Positions 29,977 through 40,739 of a stretch of 64,000 bases of DNA are shown here, piece by piece. The translations under genes and the position numbers were made by a program. The notes under the pieces are model-generated. The model was not told where the DNA came from. It was given only the letters and a program-made list of their open reading frames with translations, and ran no database searches. The stretch spans positions 1 through 64,000 of the IMG/VR virus record IMGVR_UViG_3300025099_003636. One strand, written 5' to 3'. Source of the DNA: a virus. Numbering within the stretch: position 1 is the stretch's first letter; each line of letters starts with the position of its first letter.

Positions 29977-30678
29977 TTACTTACTTAGAAAATTGTTTAA
30001 TCGGTTCATTAGATTAACCGACTTATCTACATTTATGGATTTTGTTGATTTTTTTGTTTCTACTACCGGTAATTCTTCATCTACACTATCAGCGTTTTCA
30101 CCTTCTTTAAATAGGTATGACCCTGGTGTTGATGGTGATGAAACTAAGTCAAAACATACTAATTCGAAGTCTTCTTGGACTTCGTTGTATTCACCGTTTT
30201 TTGCTAGTGACCCAACACCTCTAGAAGAAATTCCTAATGTAACACCTTGTCTTAATAAATTTGCGGCCATATCACCAACACAAGAAATCACACCTTCTTT
30301 AAGATACCCAGGTGATGTTAGTAATTTTAACTTACCTATTAATCTATTACCGTCCCACCAAGTTTCTGTTATTATATGTGAAGCTCTATCTAAATCAATT
30401 AAAGAAGATTCTGGATGATTTAATTCTGAAATAGCACCCCCCTTTTTAATAACTTCTTGATATCTATCATTTTCTCTTTTAAGAATATTTTCTGGATATA
30501 CTCTTCCGTTTCTATTTGGTACACCATATTTTTGTAATATAGCGTTCATATATATTTCGCCATCAAAATTATCTTTTGTCATTTCTTTGATTATGTTTTT
30601 ATTATCTTTTGGTGAAATGTACCCGTCACTTTCGACTAATATACCGTGACCAACCTCTCTAGCTTCTAAAATTTTCAT
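29977..30678 (-). CDS. gp21: Prohead protease, T4 gp21-like
   Basis: NRNGRVYP, ELNHP, SH, LGISSRGVGS, FDLVSSPS. Confidence 0.95.
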   Translation of the reverse strand: MKILEAREVGHGILVESDGYISPKDNKNIIKEMTKDNFDGEIYMNAILQKYGVPNRNGRVYPENILKRENDRYQEVIKKGGAISELNHPESSLIDLDRASHIITETWWDGNRLIGKLKLLTSPGYLKEGVISCVGDMAANLLRQGVTLGISSRGVGSLAKNGEYNEVQEDFELVCFDLVSSPSTPGSYLFKEGENADSVDEELPVVETKKSTKSINVDKSVNLMNRLNNFLSK

Positions 30679-30744
30679 ATATATCTTTTTCTATAAATAT
30701 TAAATTAGATAAAAAAAACTGCTTTTTTGGGTGTATTATGGTTT

Positions 30745-31182
30745 TTACTTTTTCTTTTGATGGAATTTAAATATTTTTGTGGTTGATAGTGGACCATTTA
30801 TTATTTTTCTTGTGATGTCATTAATGGATTCTGAGAGTATTCTAGATTTAATATTGTATTTATTTCTATTATTTAAAAACATTGTTATTTCACACCTCAT
30901 AAAACTACGTTTCCCTAGTTTCATACCACTAGCTCTAAGGTCTAAATCTACTATAGCAATACTTTTAAATTCTGTATTTTTAAGTTCTCTATGCACTAAA
31001 TTATCAATATTAAATTTAAACTTTTTAATGGGTCTATCCCAGTTTTCTACCTCTTCTAAAGGTTCTACCCAAGTGCTTAAATTTAAATATAGTGATTTTA
31101 ATGCACTAGAATCTACTGTACCATATGATGTTCTAAATACATCTGAAATTTTAGTTGTAACTTCTCTACCTTGTTTTGCCAT
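30745..31182 (-). CDS. Hypothetical protein (head module)
   Basis: ORF co-oriented within the head cluster. Confidence 0.7.
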   Translation of the reverse strand: MAKQGREVTTKISDVFRTSYGTVDSSALKSLYLNLSTWVEPLEEVENWDRPIKKFKFNIDNLVHRELKNTEFKSIAIVDLDLRASGMKLGKRSFMRCEITMFLNNRNKYNIKSRILSESINDITRKIINGPLSTTKIFKFHQKKK

Positions 31183-31225
31183 AATATTAACTTCTTCTTA
31201 AGTTAATTATAACAATTGTTGAGTT

Positions 31226-31972
31226 TTAGTTCAAGTCCTCTAGTAGGCCCCTAACCCTAATATAACTGTGTTTGGAGCTTTTTAATGTGTTAATTTCATT
31301 CTTTACTTCCACTAGTTTAGCAGAAATATTCTCGTCGTTTGATTCGGATAGTAGTTTATTTAATGTTGTTAAAGCAACATTTTTTACATTATTAAATTCT
31401 TTTGTGACTGTGTCCTCAGTCATAAGTAAGGTATTTTGTAATATATCTTTCTCTGATTCAGTTAGTTTAGTGCCAAATTCTTTCTCGTAGTTTTTAGACA
31501 TTACGTGGGATAATACTTTAGGGTTAATAGGTTTATCTATACTTTTTTTAGTTTTTTTATTAACCATAGATTCCACTAAAACTTTATTTGATTGTATTTT
31601 ACTATCTATTGTTTTTATATTTGTATTAAAAACTATATTATCTATTTCTTCATATATCCTATTTGGTTCATTGGAACATGCGTCTTTCCTATCGTTTATA
31701 ATTTTATCTAATATATTTTTAACTTTATTTAATTCTTTTTTATTTTTTTTAAGGTATTGTGTAGCCTCAGTTATATAAAGTTTGCTATCTTCTAGTGAGT
31801 CAAATTTTTTGCTTTCTATTTCATTGTATAGTGTAAAAAATTCTTTAAGTGTCTTAGAAAATTTCATGGCCCCCATTATTACAGATAGATTTTTTTTAAA
31901 ATCTTTTTTATTTCCATAAGAATTTTCTAGAATAGTGTCTAAGTTTTGTTTGTATTTAGCGAATCCGTTCAT
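31226..31972 (-). CDS. Hypothetical head-associated protein
   Basis: Late motif upstream; several (L/I)xE sites. Confidence 0.7.
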   Translation of the reverse strand: MNGFAKYKQNLDTILENSYGNKKDFKKNLSVIMGAMKFSKTLKEFFTLYNEIESKKFDSLEDSKLYITEATQYLKKNKKELNKVKNILDKIINDRKDACSNEPNRIYEEIDNIVFNTNIKTIDSKIQSNKVLVESMVNKKTKKSIDKPINPKVLSHVMSKNYEKEFGTKLTESEKDILQNTLLMTEDTVTKEFNNVKNVALTTLNKLLSESNDENISAKLVEVKNEINTLKSSKHSYIRVRGLLEDLN

Positions 31973-31997
31973 AAGTATATTTTATATATAAATATAA

Positions 31998-33833
31998 CTA
32001 ATCTTTTAATAAGGAGTCTACTTTGTTGTTAATAGTGTCTATGTTCTTACTAGTTTTATTTACTGCTTCCCTTAGACCTTTTAAATTCATACCCTTTCTT
32101 TCCATCAATAATGGTAAATCAGATTCTCTGTTATAACTTTCTGCTGCCGGTTCTGGTTCCTCTGTTCCAGTATCTTCTGTTCCTGTATCACCACCTGTGT
32201 CACCACCCATATCCATACCAAAATCCATACCAGTATCGTCACCAGCATCATCACCACCTTCTCCTTCTCCTTCTTCCCCATCTTTTTTAGGTGTTCCGTA
32301 TAAATTATCGATATTTGCAAAAATACCAGTTTTTTGTATAACTTCAGAAGTTTTTTCTAATTCACCAGCTAAAGCTTTTTCAAATCTTTGTTGTTGTAGG
32401 TCTAATTTAATTTCTTCATCACTCATACCTAAAATTTCTTTTTTAGCCCATGTTGTTGATACTGCTTGTAACCCATTTCCTGGGTCAGTAACAGCGTCTC
32501 TATATAAAGCAATCCTTTCTTTCCACTGTTCAATTTTTAGTAGGTCTGTTTGTGTTGATGGGTTTGATAAGGCTAATTTAAAGTTACTTAATTCGTCTTC
32601 AAAACCTAACACATATAAATGTATTATGGCTATTTTATTAAGTTCAGCAACTATCGCTTTTTGTATTCTATTTATTGTTCTTGCAAATCTAATGTCTAGT
32701 AAAGCTAAATTTTTACCTTCACCCACCACTTCTTCAAAACCTAAAAACGCTTTAGGTATTCTTAATGAAGCTAGTAACTTTTTTTGAATATATTCTATGT
32801 CTGCTATTTCACTTAAGTTTGTGGCTCCTGGTAAAGTATCTATAGGACTAGCCGCTGCTGGGTCCCTAACAGGAATAAAATAGTCTTGGTCTACAGCCAT
32901 TTGATTCATTCTTAAATCTACATTACCATTACTAGGGTCTACTACGGCATCTCTTTTAAATTTATTTGCCACTTTTTGTATATAAGCTTCGACATCTTTA
33001 TCATCCATATTACCAACAAAGACCTTGAATACTCTTCTTTCTGGTGCTCTAGACGTTCTATAAACTAACATAGCGTCTTCAGCTAATAATAATTGTTTCC
33101 AAATTCTTCTAGCTTTTTCTAACATAGAAGTTCCATATGGTAATCTTCGGTCATCACCTAAGATTCTAAAGTGAGCGATTTCCCAAGTATTGAATTCTAA
33201 TTCTTTTTCTCTCCATTTAAACTCAACTTTAGCTTCTTTATCGTCTTGTTTTTCACCATGTAATGTAAAGTAATTAAACTGGTCACCACGTTCCATTTCT
33301 ATGTTTGGTAATTGGTTACATCCCACTATACCTTTTTCTGGGTCTATTTTTAGATAAACAAAGTTATCACCGTATTTACAAGTATTTCTAATCCACATAG
33401 GTAGATTAGTATTTACATCTAAAATATTATTAAATAAATCTGCTAATATAGATTTTATTCTTGTGGATTCTGAATATATTGTCAATACATGACCTTTTTC
33501 GGATGGTGTTGTACATTCTTCAGCATATATATCCAATGCTGCTGATATTTCCGGCGTAAACTCCATTGATTCATAATCATAGTATGAAGCTAATCGTGTT
33601 GGTTCGTAATATATAGATTTAGTATATAATTCATTATCTACTTTTTGCCATTGATTGGCTAGGTATGCAGCTTGTTGAAATTCTAACTTTTTTTCTTCAA
33701 AATCTTTCTTATTTGTTGTTTTAAGAATTTCTTGTGAACCAACAGTAAATTGTTGGAATGTTGTTTTTGGTGCTGTTGGTCCTCCAGCTCCAAAAAGTTT
33801 TCCTAGTCTTTGATATATTGTGAATTTTGCCAT
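31998..33833 (-). CDS. gp20: Portal protein, T4 gp20-like
   Basis: LLAEDAMLVYRTSRAPERRVF...VGN, DYFIPVR, IDTLPG..NL..I.DIEY..KKL...L.IP. Confidence 0.95.
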   Translation of the reverse strand: MAKFTIYQRLGKLFGAGGPTAPKTTFQQFTVGSQEILKTTNKKDFEEKKLEFQQAAYLANQWQKVDNELYTKSIYYEPTRLASYYDYESMEFTPEISAALDIYAEECTTPSEKGHVLTIYSESTRIKSILADLFNNILDVNTNLPMWIRNTCKYGDNFVYLKIDPEKGIVGCNQLPNIEMERGDQFNYFTLHGEKQDDKEAKVEFKWREKELEFNTWEIAHFRILGDDRRLPYGTSMLEKARRIWKQLLLAEDAMLVYRTSRAPERRVFKVFVGNMDDKDVEAYIQKVANKFKRDAVVDPSNGNVDLRMNQMAVDQDYFIPVRDPAAASPIDTLPGATNLSEIADIEYIQKKLLASLRIPKAFLGFEEVVGEGKNLALLDIRFARTINRIQKAIVAELNKIAIIHLYVLGFEDELSNFKLALSNPSTQTDLLKIEQWKERIALYRDAVTDPGNGLQAVSTTWAKKEILGMSDEEIKLDLQQQRFEKALAGELEKTSEVIQKTGIFANIDNLYGTPKKDGEEGEGEGGDDAGDDTGMDFGMDMGGDTGGDTGTEDTGTEEPEPAAESYNRESDLPLLMERKGMNLKGLREAVNKTSKNIDTINNKVDSLLKD

Positions 33834-33877
33834 TACTTGTAATAATACATATTATAATATAAATAGTATACCTTTCC

Positions 33878-35599
33878 CTAACGTCTTTTAGTGAATAACC
33901 AACTATTTTCCATATATTGTTTTTTTATCTCAGTATTACTACCACCCATAACGCCAAATACAGGTTCTGAGGAAGGTATGATGGTATTTTCATTAGATTC
34001 TGCTATCCACCCATTTAACATTGCCTTTGTTAAATCGTCAGCTTTTTTTAACTGAGAAAATGAACTTTCACCAACATATAAAGCCATAGCTAAAGCCATT
34101 ATTAAATCATCGTGTTTGCCTTTCATGTGATTTGGTTTTCCATTTATGTAGACAAAAGTATATAACTCGTTTAACAACCTTTTTGACCTGACAATAAATT
34201 TATGTCTTAAAGCCTCTTCAAATGAAGAAACTATTTGTGTCCTTTTATTGTTGAAGGCTAGTCCTGGTGTTTTTGTTCCTTGGTTTGGATTGTACTTCCA
34301 CTTATCCGCTGTATTCATACCTTCAACATATAAATCCTTATAACCCAATTCTTGTAGTTTTCTAGATGTAGCTACACCCATCCCACCAGTTATATCAATG
34401 ACAACATAAGCGTTATACATGGTACCCCATTTGTACACTATATCTGCAGCTAAATCTGGTGGTATTTTACCTAAATATTCTGCTACCTGACATCTTTCAT
34501 CAAAATCTATTATTACTATAGATGTGAAATCCTCGGAATCTCCACGACTTACATCACAACCCAAAATATATTTATGGTCTTTTTTTGGTTTTTCCCAAAC
34601 CCACATTTGGTTACCTACAAACATTTCTTTTGGTTCCATTATGTATATATCTTTTATTTGTTCTATAGTTTCTACTGGAATGACATTATCACCAGAACCT
34701 AAAAAAGCACTTTCTAATTCTTGTGATACTTTTCTTTTGTCATACTTAAGTTTTTTTACCATACTTTCAAACCAACTAGAACATGGTTTGTACCCTTTTT
34801 TAATTATTTCATCAAACTTATCTAATTCTTTTTCATATAAAAATTCATCTTCATTATAGTCTTCTCTATTTAATAGAAAATGTACAATATCTTTTGTTTT
34901 TACCCAAAATAAATCTTTTGTAAATCTAGGGTCATTTTCCCAATGAAGTTCGGATATGTGAAAACTATTTAAACCTTTTATAGATTGTTCATATATTTCA
35001 TAATATATCTTATCGTAGCCATTTGGTGTTGATATTACTATTACTTTACCACCTGTGGATAGGGATGCCATACAAGCCGCCCAAAAATCATCTCCCGCTT
35101 CAATATACGCCGCCTCATCAAATATAAGGGTTGTTGGTGTATAACCTCTTAACGCATCTACTGATGTTGCGACCGCTTTAACCTCACAACCATTATTTAA
35201 TTTAAAATGTTTTTGTGAATCTTTTTCTTTAGAGAAACCAACATTAATCCAGTCTGGCCATTGATTTAAAAATCCTCTAACTTTATTTGCAAATTCTGAA
35301 GCTGTATCCAGTTTATTTGCTATAATTAATATTTTTTCTGGTTTATTTTTAGATGCAAATTGTATTTGTTTAGAGACCCAAGCTGCTGTTGCGGTGGATA
35401 CACCTGCTTGACGGTATTTTTTTGTTATGTTGTCATTATAGGTGTCGAAATTCCTTAACATCATTTCCTGTTCTGGAAATAATATAAATGGTACGTATCT
35501 AGATTGAGTGTTGTCGTATGTTTCTAAATAAGTCTTTATCGCATAAGGTGTGTCCTTATAACATTTAGCATATTCTTGTATTAATTCTTCTTGAGTCAT
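33878..35599 (-). CDS. terL: Terminase large subunit (gp17-like)
   Basis: KYRQAGVST Walker A, LIFDEAA Walker B, ISTPNG, GCDVSRG, HDDLIMA nuclease motifs. Confidence 0.95.
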   Translation of the reverse strand: MTQEELIQEYAKCYKDTPYAIKTYLETYDNTQSRYVPFILFPEQEMMLRNFDTYNDNITKKYRQAGVSTATAAWVSKQIQFASKNKPEKILIIANKLDTASEFANKVRGFLNQWPDWINVGFSKEKDSQKHFKLNNGCEVKAVATSVDALRGYTPTTLIFDEAAYIEAGDDFWAACMASLSTGGKVIVISTPNGYDKIYYEIYEQSIKGLNSFHISELHWENDPRFTKDLFWVKTKDIVHFLLNREDYNEDEFLYEKELDKFDEIIKKGYKPCSSWFESMVKKLKYDKRKVSQELESAFLGSGDNVIPVETIEQIKDIYIMEPKEMFVGNQMWVWEKPKKDHKYILGCDVSRGDSEDFTSIVIIDFDERCQVAEYLGKIPPDLAADIVYKWGTMYNAYVVIDITGGMGVATSRKLQELGYKDLYVEGMNTADKWKYNPNQGTKTPGLAFNNKRTQIVSSFEEALRHKFIVRSKRLLNELYTFVYINGKPNHMKGKHDDLIMALAMALYVGESSFSQLKKADDLTKAMLNGWIAESNENTIIPSSEPVFGVMGGSNTEIKKQYMENSWLFTKRR

Positions 35600-35656
35600 A
35601 TTATATAAATATAATGTGAGAGTTAATAATAGAAAGGGGGTTAGTTAGTTGAAAGA

Positions 35657-36970
35657 CTATAGGTTATATAAAAAGTCTTTTTCTTCTTGTGACAATGAGT
35701 CCATACCACTTTTATTTATTTTATCTAGAATTGTGTCCATGTCAAATGACGTTTCATCTGTAGGTGGTAAATCTGGAGATGGTTCTACAATTTCACCTGT
35801 CGCATCTTCATAATCCTCATCTTTTAATTGTTTTTTTATATCCCCAACTATTTTTGCTACCATATCTTTACCTCTTTGTGAGCCAGATAAAATTTCTTTT
35901 GCCAAACCAATAAATGGTTCTGGTTCCAAAGAAACTATATTATAATATAGGTAGTTTTTTATCCTACCATAATCTTCACTAGTTAATAACTCTTCTGGAT
36001 AAGACTCTAAAAATTTTTCCCAAATAACCGGACCTAATCTTAAATCCCATACTTCTGCTGGTAAAGTATCTTCAGAACCAATAACCTCTTCTGCAAACTC
36101 TGGGTCAGAAGGAAGTCCATGCATTGATACGTATTCCATAACACCTTTCCATAGTTCATGCACTAGGATTGGAAACATAATTCCTTTGGCTCTAATTGTT
36201 GGTGGGTCGGTTTGTAAGTCAACCTCCTCTCTTCCTCCAGCCATTGAATCTGCCCCACTTCCAACAAGACCTTCCATATCCGGCATAATCCAATACATTA
36301 AATCGTTTACGGACATAATTAAAGAATATAGATTAACTAAATCCGGGTCAATTTCATTTAAAGTTTCATTAACTAAATGATACATATAGTGAGCTTTTTT
36401 AGCGGACCCCTGTATTAAAGAATTAATTAACCTTCTTTTTTGTTTTTCTAAATCTAACTTTGCTAACCTCTCAGCTGCTTCCTTATCCTCGACATCTGGT
36501 TGGTCGAATTTTAATTCTTTCTTTTTCTTTTCTTGTGGTTTTTTTTGCATCCCTTCTAGAGTTGGTTTTTCTAGTTTTGCATCAAATTGTAAATCACCCT
36601 CTGGTATTGCCATTTGGTCAACTACTAATGAAACCGCTAAATCCTCTAGTTTTTGTTTATTTTGTGCCTCTATTGCCATTGTTCTTTGTACTGCACTCAT
36701 TAACATGGGTTGTAAAGACATGGCTGTTTGTGGATTTATCTCTTCCAAACCAGTAGCTTCTTTAACTTTATCTATAACATCTTTAAATCTTTTAGATGCT
36801 ATTATTTCTTCAAAATTGTTTTGGTCATTTTCTTTTCCTGGGAAAGACTGGTGTGCACCTAATGGGTGTTTTCTAGACCTTAATTTACTTTCAATGTCAG
36901 GTGACATTCTTTCCGGTCTACCACTATAATCAATCGGTGGTGCTTCATTTAATTTAGTTTTTTTAGACAT
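35657..36970 (-). CDS. Hypothetical head-region protein with C-terminal DUF6576-like motif
   Basis: N-terminal KLNE/A site; ILVHELWKG; C-terminal MDTILDKINKSGMDSLSQEEKDFL. Confidence 0.6.
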   Translation of the reverse strand: MSKKTKLNEAPPIDYSGRPERMSPDIESKLRSRKHPLGAHQSFPGKENDQNNFEEIIASKRFKDVIDKVKEATGLEEINPQTAMSLQPMLMSAVQRTMAIEAQNKQKLEDLAVSLVVDQMAIPEGDLQFDAKLEKPTLEGMQKKPQEKKKKELKFDQPDVEDKEAAERLAKLDLEKQKRRLINSLIQGSAKKAHYMYHLVNETLNEIDPDLVNLYSLIMSVNDLMYWIMPDMEGLVGSGADSMAGGREEVDLQTDPPTIRAKGIMFPILVHELWKGVMEYVSMHGLPSDPEFAEEVIGSEDTLPAEVWDLRLGPVIWEKFLESYPEELLTSEDYGRIKNYLYYNIVSLEPEPFIGLAKEILSGSQRGKDMVAKIVGDIKKQLKDEDYEDATGEIVEPSPDLPPTDETSFDMDTILDKINKSGMDSLSQEEKDFLYNL

Positions 36971-36973
36971 ACC

Positions 36974-38035
36974 TTATTCTTCTGTTATGTTATCAAAAGT
37001 TAACCAATCAGGTAATTTGTTTTTTCTTGCCTTAGGTTTTGGTTTAGTGCTTGGATTAGGTACTTTGAAGGGTCCTCTTCTCTTTTTTTCACCTGGTTTT
37101 GTTGTTGGAGGTGCAATTGTTGGTGCTTCTAATGGTGAATTTTCATCCAAGTTTTCCTCACCAACGATATTCCCATCTAACTGCACTTCACCAGATTCTT
37201 TTATAATAAGTTCTATTACTTTATTTGGTGATTTTAAATACCCTTTGATGTCTCCTTTGATGTTTTCTACAACAATCTTCATCGGTGGGTTCATTTCCTT
37301 GGTTAATTCGTTAACCATATTAAAAGCCTTTTTCTGTTTGTCTAACTTATTTTTAGATGTTTTATTTTGTGTTTCTTTTACTGTTTTAATAAAATTAGCT
37401 TTTGTTATCTCCGCTGGTTGATTATTCTCAACTAGGGATATAATCCAATTTTCTAGAATTTCACCTTCAGTTAGTTTATTAGGTAAATCATCAACATTTT
37501 TTGTTGTTGTGTAATCCTCTATTTGTTTAAGTGTCATTTCTTTTGCGGCTTTTAGAACAGCGTTATCGTCTCTACCGTCACCACAATCTTTATAGTTACT
37601 TTTTTTACAAGCGTGAACTAATTTATAAAAATTGTATTGGGATTGGGATACCGCTTCTTCACTCATCTCCGTATCATCACCAGAATTTATTAAAGTTTTT
37701 TCTTCACCATCAGAATATTTAAATTTTGTTATAGGTTCGCCATCTTTTGTAACTTCTACCTCATCAGGTTTTTCTTCTTCATTAGTAGTTACGGTCACTG
37801 AACCATCGTCATTAGGTGTAACAGTACCATCAACAGTTAAACCACCAGATTCCTGTTTCATTTTATCTACTTCTGATTTGGTGTAGGTGGTCTTTTTTAC
37901 TGTGGCTGTTTCAGCTTCCTTTAATATTTTTTTACTTAATACTTGTAATTGTTTGTCTGAAAATAAAGATAGGGTTCTATGTGTGAACCCTTCGTTGATT
38001 AATTTTGTAATTAATTTTTTTCTATTTTTTGGCAT
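36974..38035 (-). CDS. Hypothetical internal head protein
   Basis: Repeated LINE/ILKE/LTE/LVE/LDE sites; ATG at 38035 preferred. Confidence 0.6.
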   Translation of the reverse strand: MPKNRKKLITKLINEGFTHRTLSLFSDKQLQVLSKKILKEAETATVKKTTYTKSEVDKMKQESGGLTVDGTVTPNDDGSVTVTTNEEEKPDEVEVTKDGEPITKFKYSDGEEKTLINSGDDTEMSEEAVSQSQYNFYKLVHACKKSNYKDCGDGRDDNAVLKAAKEMTLKQIEDYTTTKNVDDLPNKLTEGEILENWIISLVENNQPAEITKANFIKTVKETQNKTSKNKLDKQKKAFNMVNELTKEMNPPMKIVVENIKGDIKGYLKSPNKVIELIIKESGEVQLDGNIVGEENLDENSPLEAPTIAPPTTKPGEKKRRGPFKVPNPSTKPKPKARKNKLPDWLTFDNITEE

Positions 38036-38429
38036 GTTCAAAAAGTTTATCAAATTTTAATATTATATCTCTTGAATATAATTTATCTTTTACATTTTCT
38101 AGACTATCTCCATAATGAAAGACGAGTCTTTCTTCGTCGTCATCATACTCATCATCATAACTTTCCCAGCCTAAAGCTATTACGTTGTCTAAAGCATGCT
38201 CCATTCCAAAGTAGTCAGAGTTCTGAACCAAGTCTAATTTTACACTAGTTCCTTCTAAAATCCCAACTTTTTTTATATACTCCATTTCTGGGGGTCCTGG
38301 TTTTCCATGAGCTGGCGTAGAATCCCAATCCTCACCCCATAATTCGTCTGAGTCTTGACCAAATATAAATTCGTAAATATTTTCTTGTTTATAGTTAGGT
38401 CCTAATTCGTTAACGAATATAAGTTTCAT
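38022..38429 (-). CDS. Hypothetical protein
   Basis: Translationally coupled ORF in head operon. Confidence 0.7.
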   Translation of the reverse strand: MKLIFVNELGPNYKQENIYEFIFGQDSDELWGEDWDSTPAHGKPGPPEMEYIKKVGILEGTSVKLDLVQNSDYFGMEHALDNVIALGWESYDDEYDDDEERLVFHYGDSLENVKDKLYSRDIILKFDKLFEHAKK

Positions 38430-39550
38430 TATTTTATACTACCGTCTTTATTAATAAAAATATTTCTATCGTCTGATAATATAACTATTTCACCTTTTTT
38501 TGTTAAACCTTTAAGTTTAGAATATTTATTTTCATTCAAATATTTTTTAACACTTAATTCCTGTTCAATACTTCTAGATAATTTTTTTATACTTCCATTG
38601 ATTTTATTTTTACTAATCTTTTCTTGTATATATTCTTTTGGTGTTTGTTTTTTAACATAGGATTCTAATATTTGTGATACTCTACCTTTAAGTGATTCCA
38701 TAGCTAATTCTTCCTCTCCCTCCATTTCATCTTCATCAAAATCTAAATCTTCTGTACCCATATCAAGTTCCTCATCATCCATAGCTAATTCTTCATCACC
38801 AATTTCTTCATCACCATATACAGCTTCATCTTCCTCAAATCTAGATAGTACATCATCTCTATCTTCACCATCTAAATTATCTAAATCAACTGCTGAAATG
38901 ACTGAATTCAAAACATATTTTATATCTGCACTACCCAATTCTTCTCCAGCATCTCTTAATTTCTGACCTAATTTACCAGTTAACTTTTGGATTGGCTTCA
39001 TGAATCCTTCCATTTCCTCTTCAGTTTCTTCATCACCCATTTCAACTTCTTCGTCATCAAGGGCTAATTCCTCATCATCCATAGCTAATTCTTCATCTTC
39101 ACCGAAATCTAAATCTTCTTCATCACCCAGTTCATCAGCTGTAACATCAACTTCAGCTTCAGGTGTTTTTAAAACAAATTTATTTTCTGTATCAGCTTGT
39201 TCATATAGTGGTGTAGCTTCACCATTATTAAATTCTTCATTTAATGGTTTAAAAATTAGATTCATTCTTTTTAAAGCTGCTCCATAACTTTTAAACCTAT
39301 TTCTTTTTTTGTTGTGAATACCATCAATATAATCTAACTCTGATTCATTGATTCCTCTTTTTAAGTAATAACCGTCTTTTTCTTGTATTATAGCGTACGT
39401 ATTACCATCACTAGCTTTTTTACTAAATGATAATGTCTGGGTATGGTAAGCAGTGTTTTTTTCTGTTTCACCGTAAGTCGCGATTTCCATGATTCTATTA
39501 ATCTTGTCTTGACCTGTTAATTTTTCACTTCCGATTGGTTTTAATGCCAT
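38429..39550 (-). CDS. Acidic prohead-core-like protein
   Basis: EELAMDDEEL repeats, (L/I)xE sites, KINRIMEI N-terminal helix. Confidence 0.6.
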   Translation of the reverse strand: MALKPIGSEKLTGQDKINRIMEIATYGETEKNTAYHTQTLSFSKKASDGNTYAIIQEKDGYYLKRGINESELDYIDGIHNKKRNRFKSYGAALKRMNLIFKPLNEEFNNGEATPLYEQADTENKFVLKTPEAEVDVTADELGDEEDLDFGEDEELAMDDEELALDDEEVEMGDEETEEEMEGFMKPIQKLTGKLGQKLRDAGEELGSADIKYVLNSVISAVDLDNLDGEDRDDVLSRFEEDEAVYGDEEIGDEELAMDDEELDMGTEDLDFDEDEMEGEEELAMESLKGRVSQILESYVKKQTPKEYIQEKISKNKINGSIKKLSRSIEQELSVKKYLNENKYSKLKGLTKKGEIVILSDDRNIFINKDGSIK

Positions 39551-39578
39551 TTTAATTATTTTTTATAATTTATTATTT

Positions 39579-39938
39579 TTAACTATTTAATCCTTCACCT
39601 CCTATTATTGTCGGAGCGTACATTGGAGCTCCTTGGTATGTCTGTACTGATGGTGCGGTTGTACCTGTCATATGTGTGGAACAAGAACAATCGTAACATA
39701 AAAAATATACCCCAACAGGTAAAGCTGATATGTGTCTAGGTTCTATAACTAAATCAAGTTTTGCTCCTATAGCACCTAAAGTATATACCACACCTTTGTA
39801 CGTAAAATTACTAGTAGCCGCACTTGCGAATATAGCACTGCATTTATAGTTTACGTATGTGGTGTCTTTACCATTCCATAATGTATCTGCCCCTATAGGT
39901 GTCGTTGGTATCGAGTTTCCTCCGTAGTTTCCAGCCAT
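39579..39938 (-). CDS. Hypothetical late protein
   Basis: TATTTATA upstream; small, Gly/Thr/Cys-rich. Confidence 0.6.
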   Translation of the reverse strand: MAGNYGGNSIPTTPIGADTLWNGKDTTYVNYKCSAIFASAATSNFTYKGVVYTLGAIGAKLDLVIEPRHISALPVGVYFLCYDCSCSTHMTGTTAPSVQTYQGAPMYAPTIIGGEGLNS

Positions 39939-39967
39939 AACTAAATATTCTTTTTTTATAAATAGTC

Positions 39968-40714
39968 CTAAGTATCAGAAACGGAAGTTTCTAATGTAAG
40001 ACTTTTATCTATTAATTTATTTTTTATATCGTTTAATTTCCCTAAGTAACCATTTCTTCTTAAAAATTTAAAACTTAGGTTCTCATATGAGTATTCTCCT
40101 TTATCTTTCAGTCCAGCTCCTCTATACTTTTTTAGTTTCTTTTTTATCTCATCAATCGCTGTTAATAATGATTCTTCTTCTGCTCTTTCTACGTTATCTT
40201 CTATGTGGTCTATAGTATCCATCCATTGTTTAGATTTACTTAAAATTTTATGAGAATCTAAAACAACTTCTTCTAACTCAGGTTCTACAATCCACTCATC
40301 AAACATAACTGAATAAACTCCACTAGCAAAATGTGGTTCATCTTTATCTTGCACATAAATTTCTACCTCAAACCCTTTAACTTCTATATCCCTTAAAGAA
40401 TTCCAAATAATTCTACGACTATCCAAATACTTTTTTAAGAGTGATTCTTTGTCACCACCAAAATCTAATAGTAAGTGTAAATCAACATCAGAAAACTCTG
40501 ACCAGTTAAAATTGGATAAGGAACCGGTTAAAGTTATATCTTCTATGTCCATGTCAACATCAACAAAATTACTAAAGTCTTCTACTATAGCTAATAAAGA
40601 ATCTCTAATTTCAGGTTTCATTTTGTAGGTATTTCCATCCCAAAACCAAATCTGCGAATTTAATTCGTCATTGACTTGAAAACTTTTAAGAATATTTTTT
40701 TGGTTGTTTGCCAT
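39968..40714 (-). CDS. Pol-beta superfamily nucleotidyltransferase
   Basis: LTGS..N.NWS..SDVDLH (GS...DxD) and EVEIYVQD third acidic motif. Confidence 0.8.
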   Translation of the reverse strand: MANNQKNILKSFQVNDELNSQIWFWDGNTYKMKPEIRDSLLAIVEDFSNFVDVDMDIEDITLTGSLSNFNWSEFSDVDLHLLLDFGGDKESLLKKYLDSRRIIWNSLRDIEVKGFEVEIYVQDKDEPHFASGVYSVMFDEWIVEPELEEVVLDSHKILSKSKQWMDTIDHIEDNVERAEEESLLTAIDEIKKKLKKYRGAGLKDKGEYSYENLSFKFLRRNGYLGKLNDIKNKLIDKSLTLETSVSDT

Positions 40715-40739
40715 ACTAATAAATATATGGACTTTATTA

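Noticed and set aside
26567-35599. Introns or inteins in terminase, portal or MCP
   Set aside because: The ORFs are continuous, with no intein C...HN junction or homing-endonuclease motif; the MCP insertion looks structural
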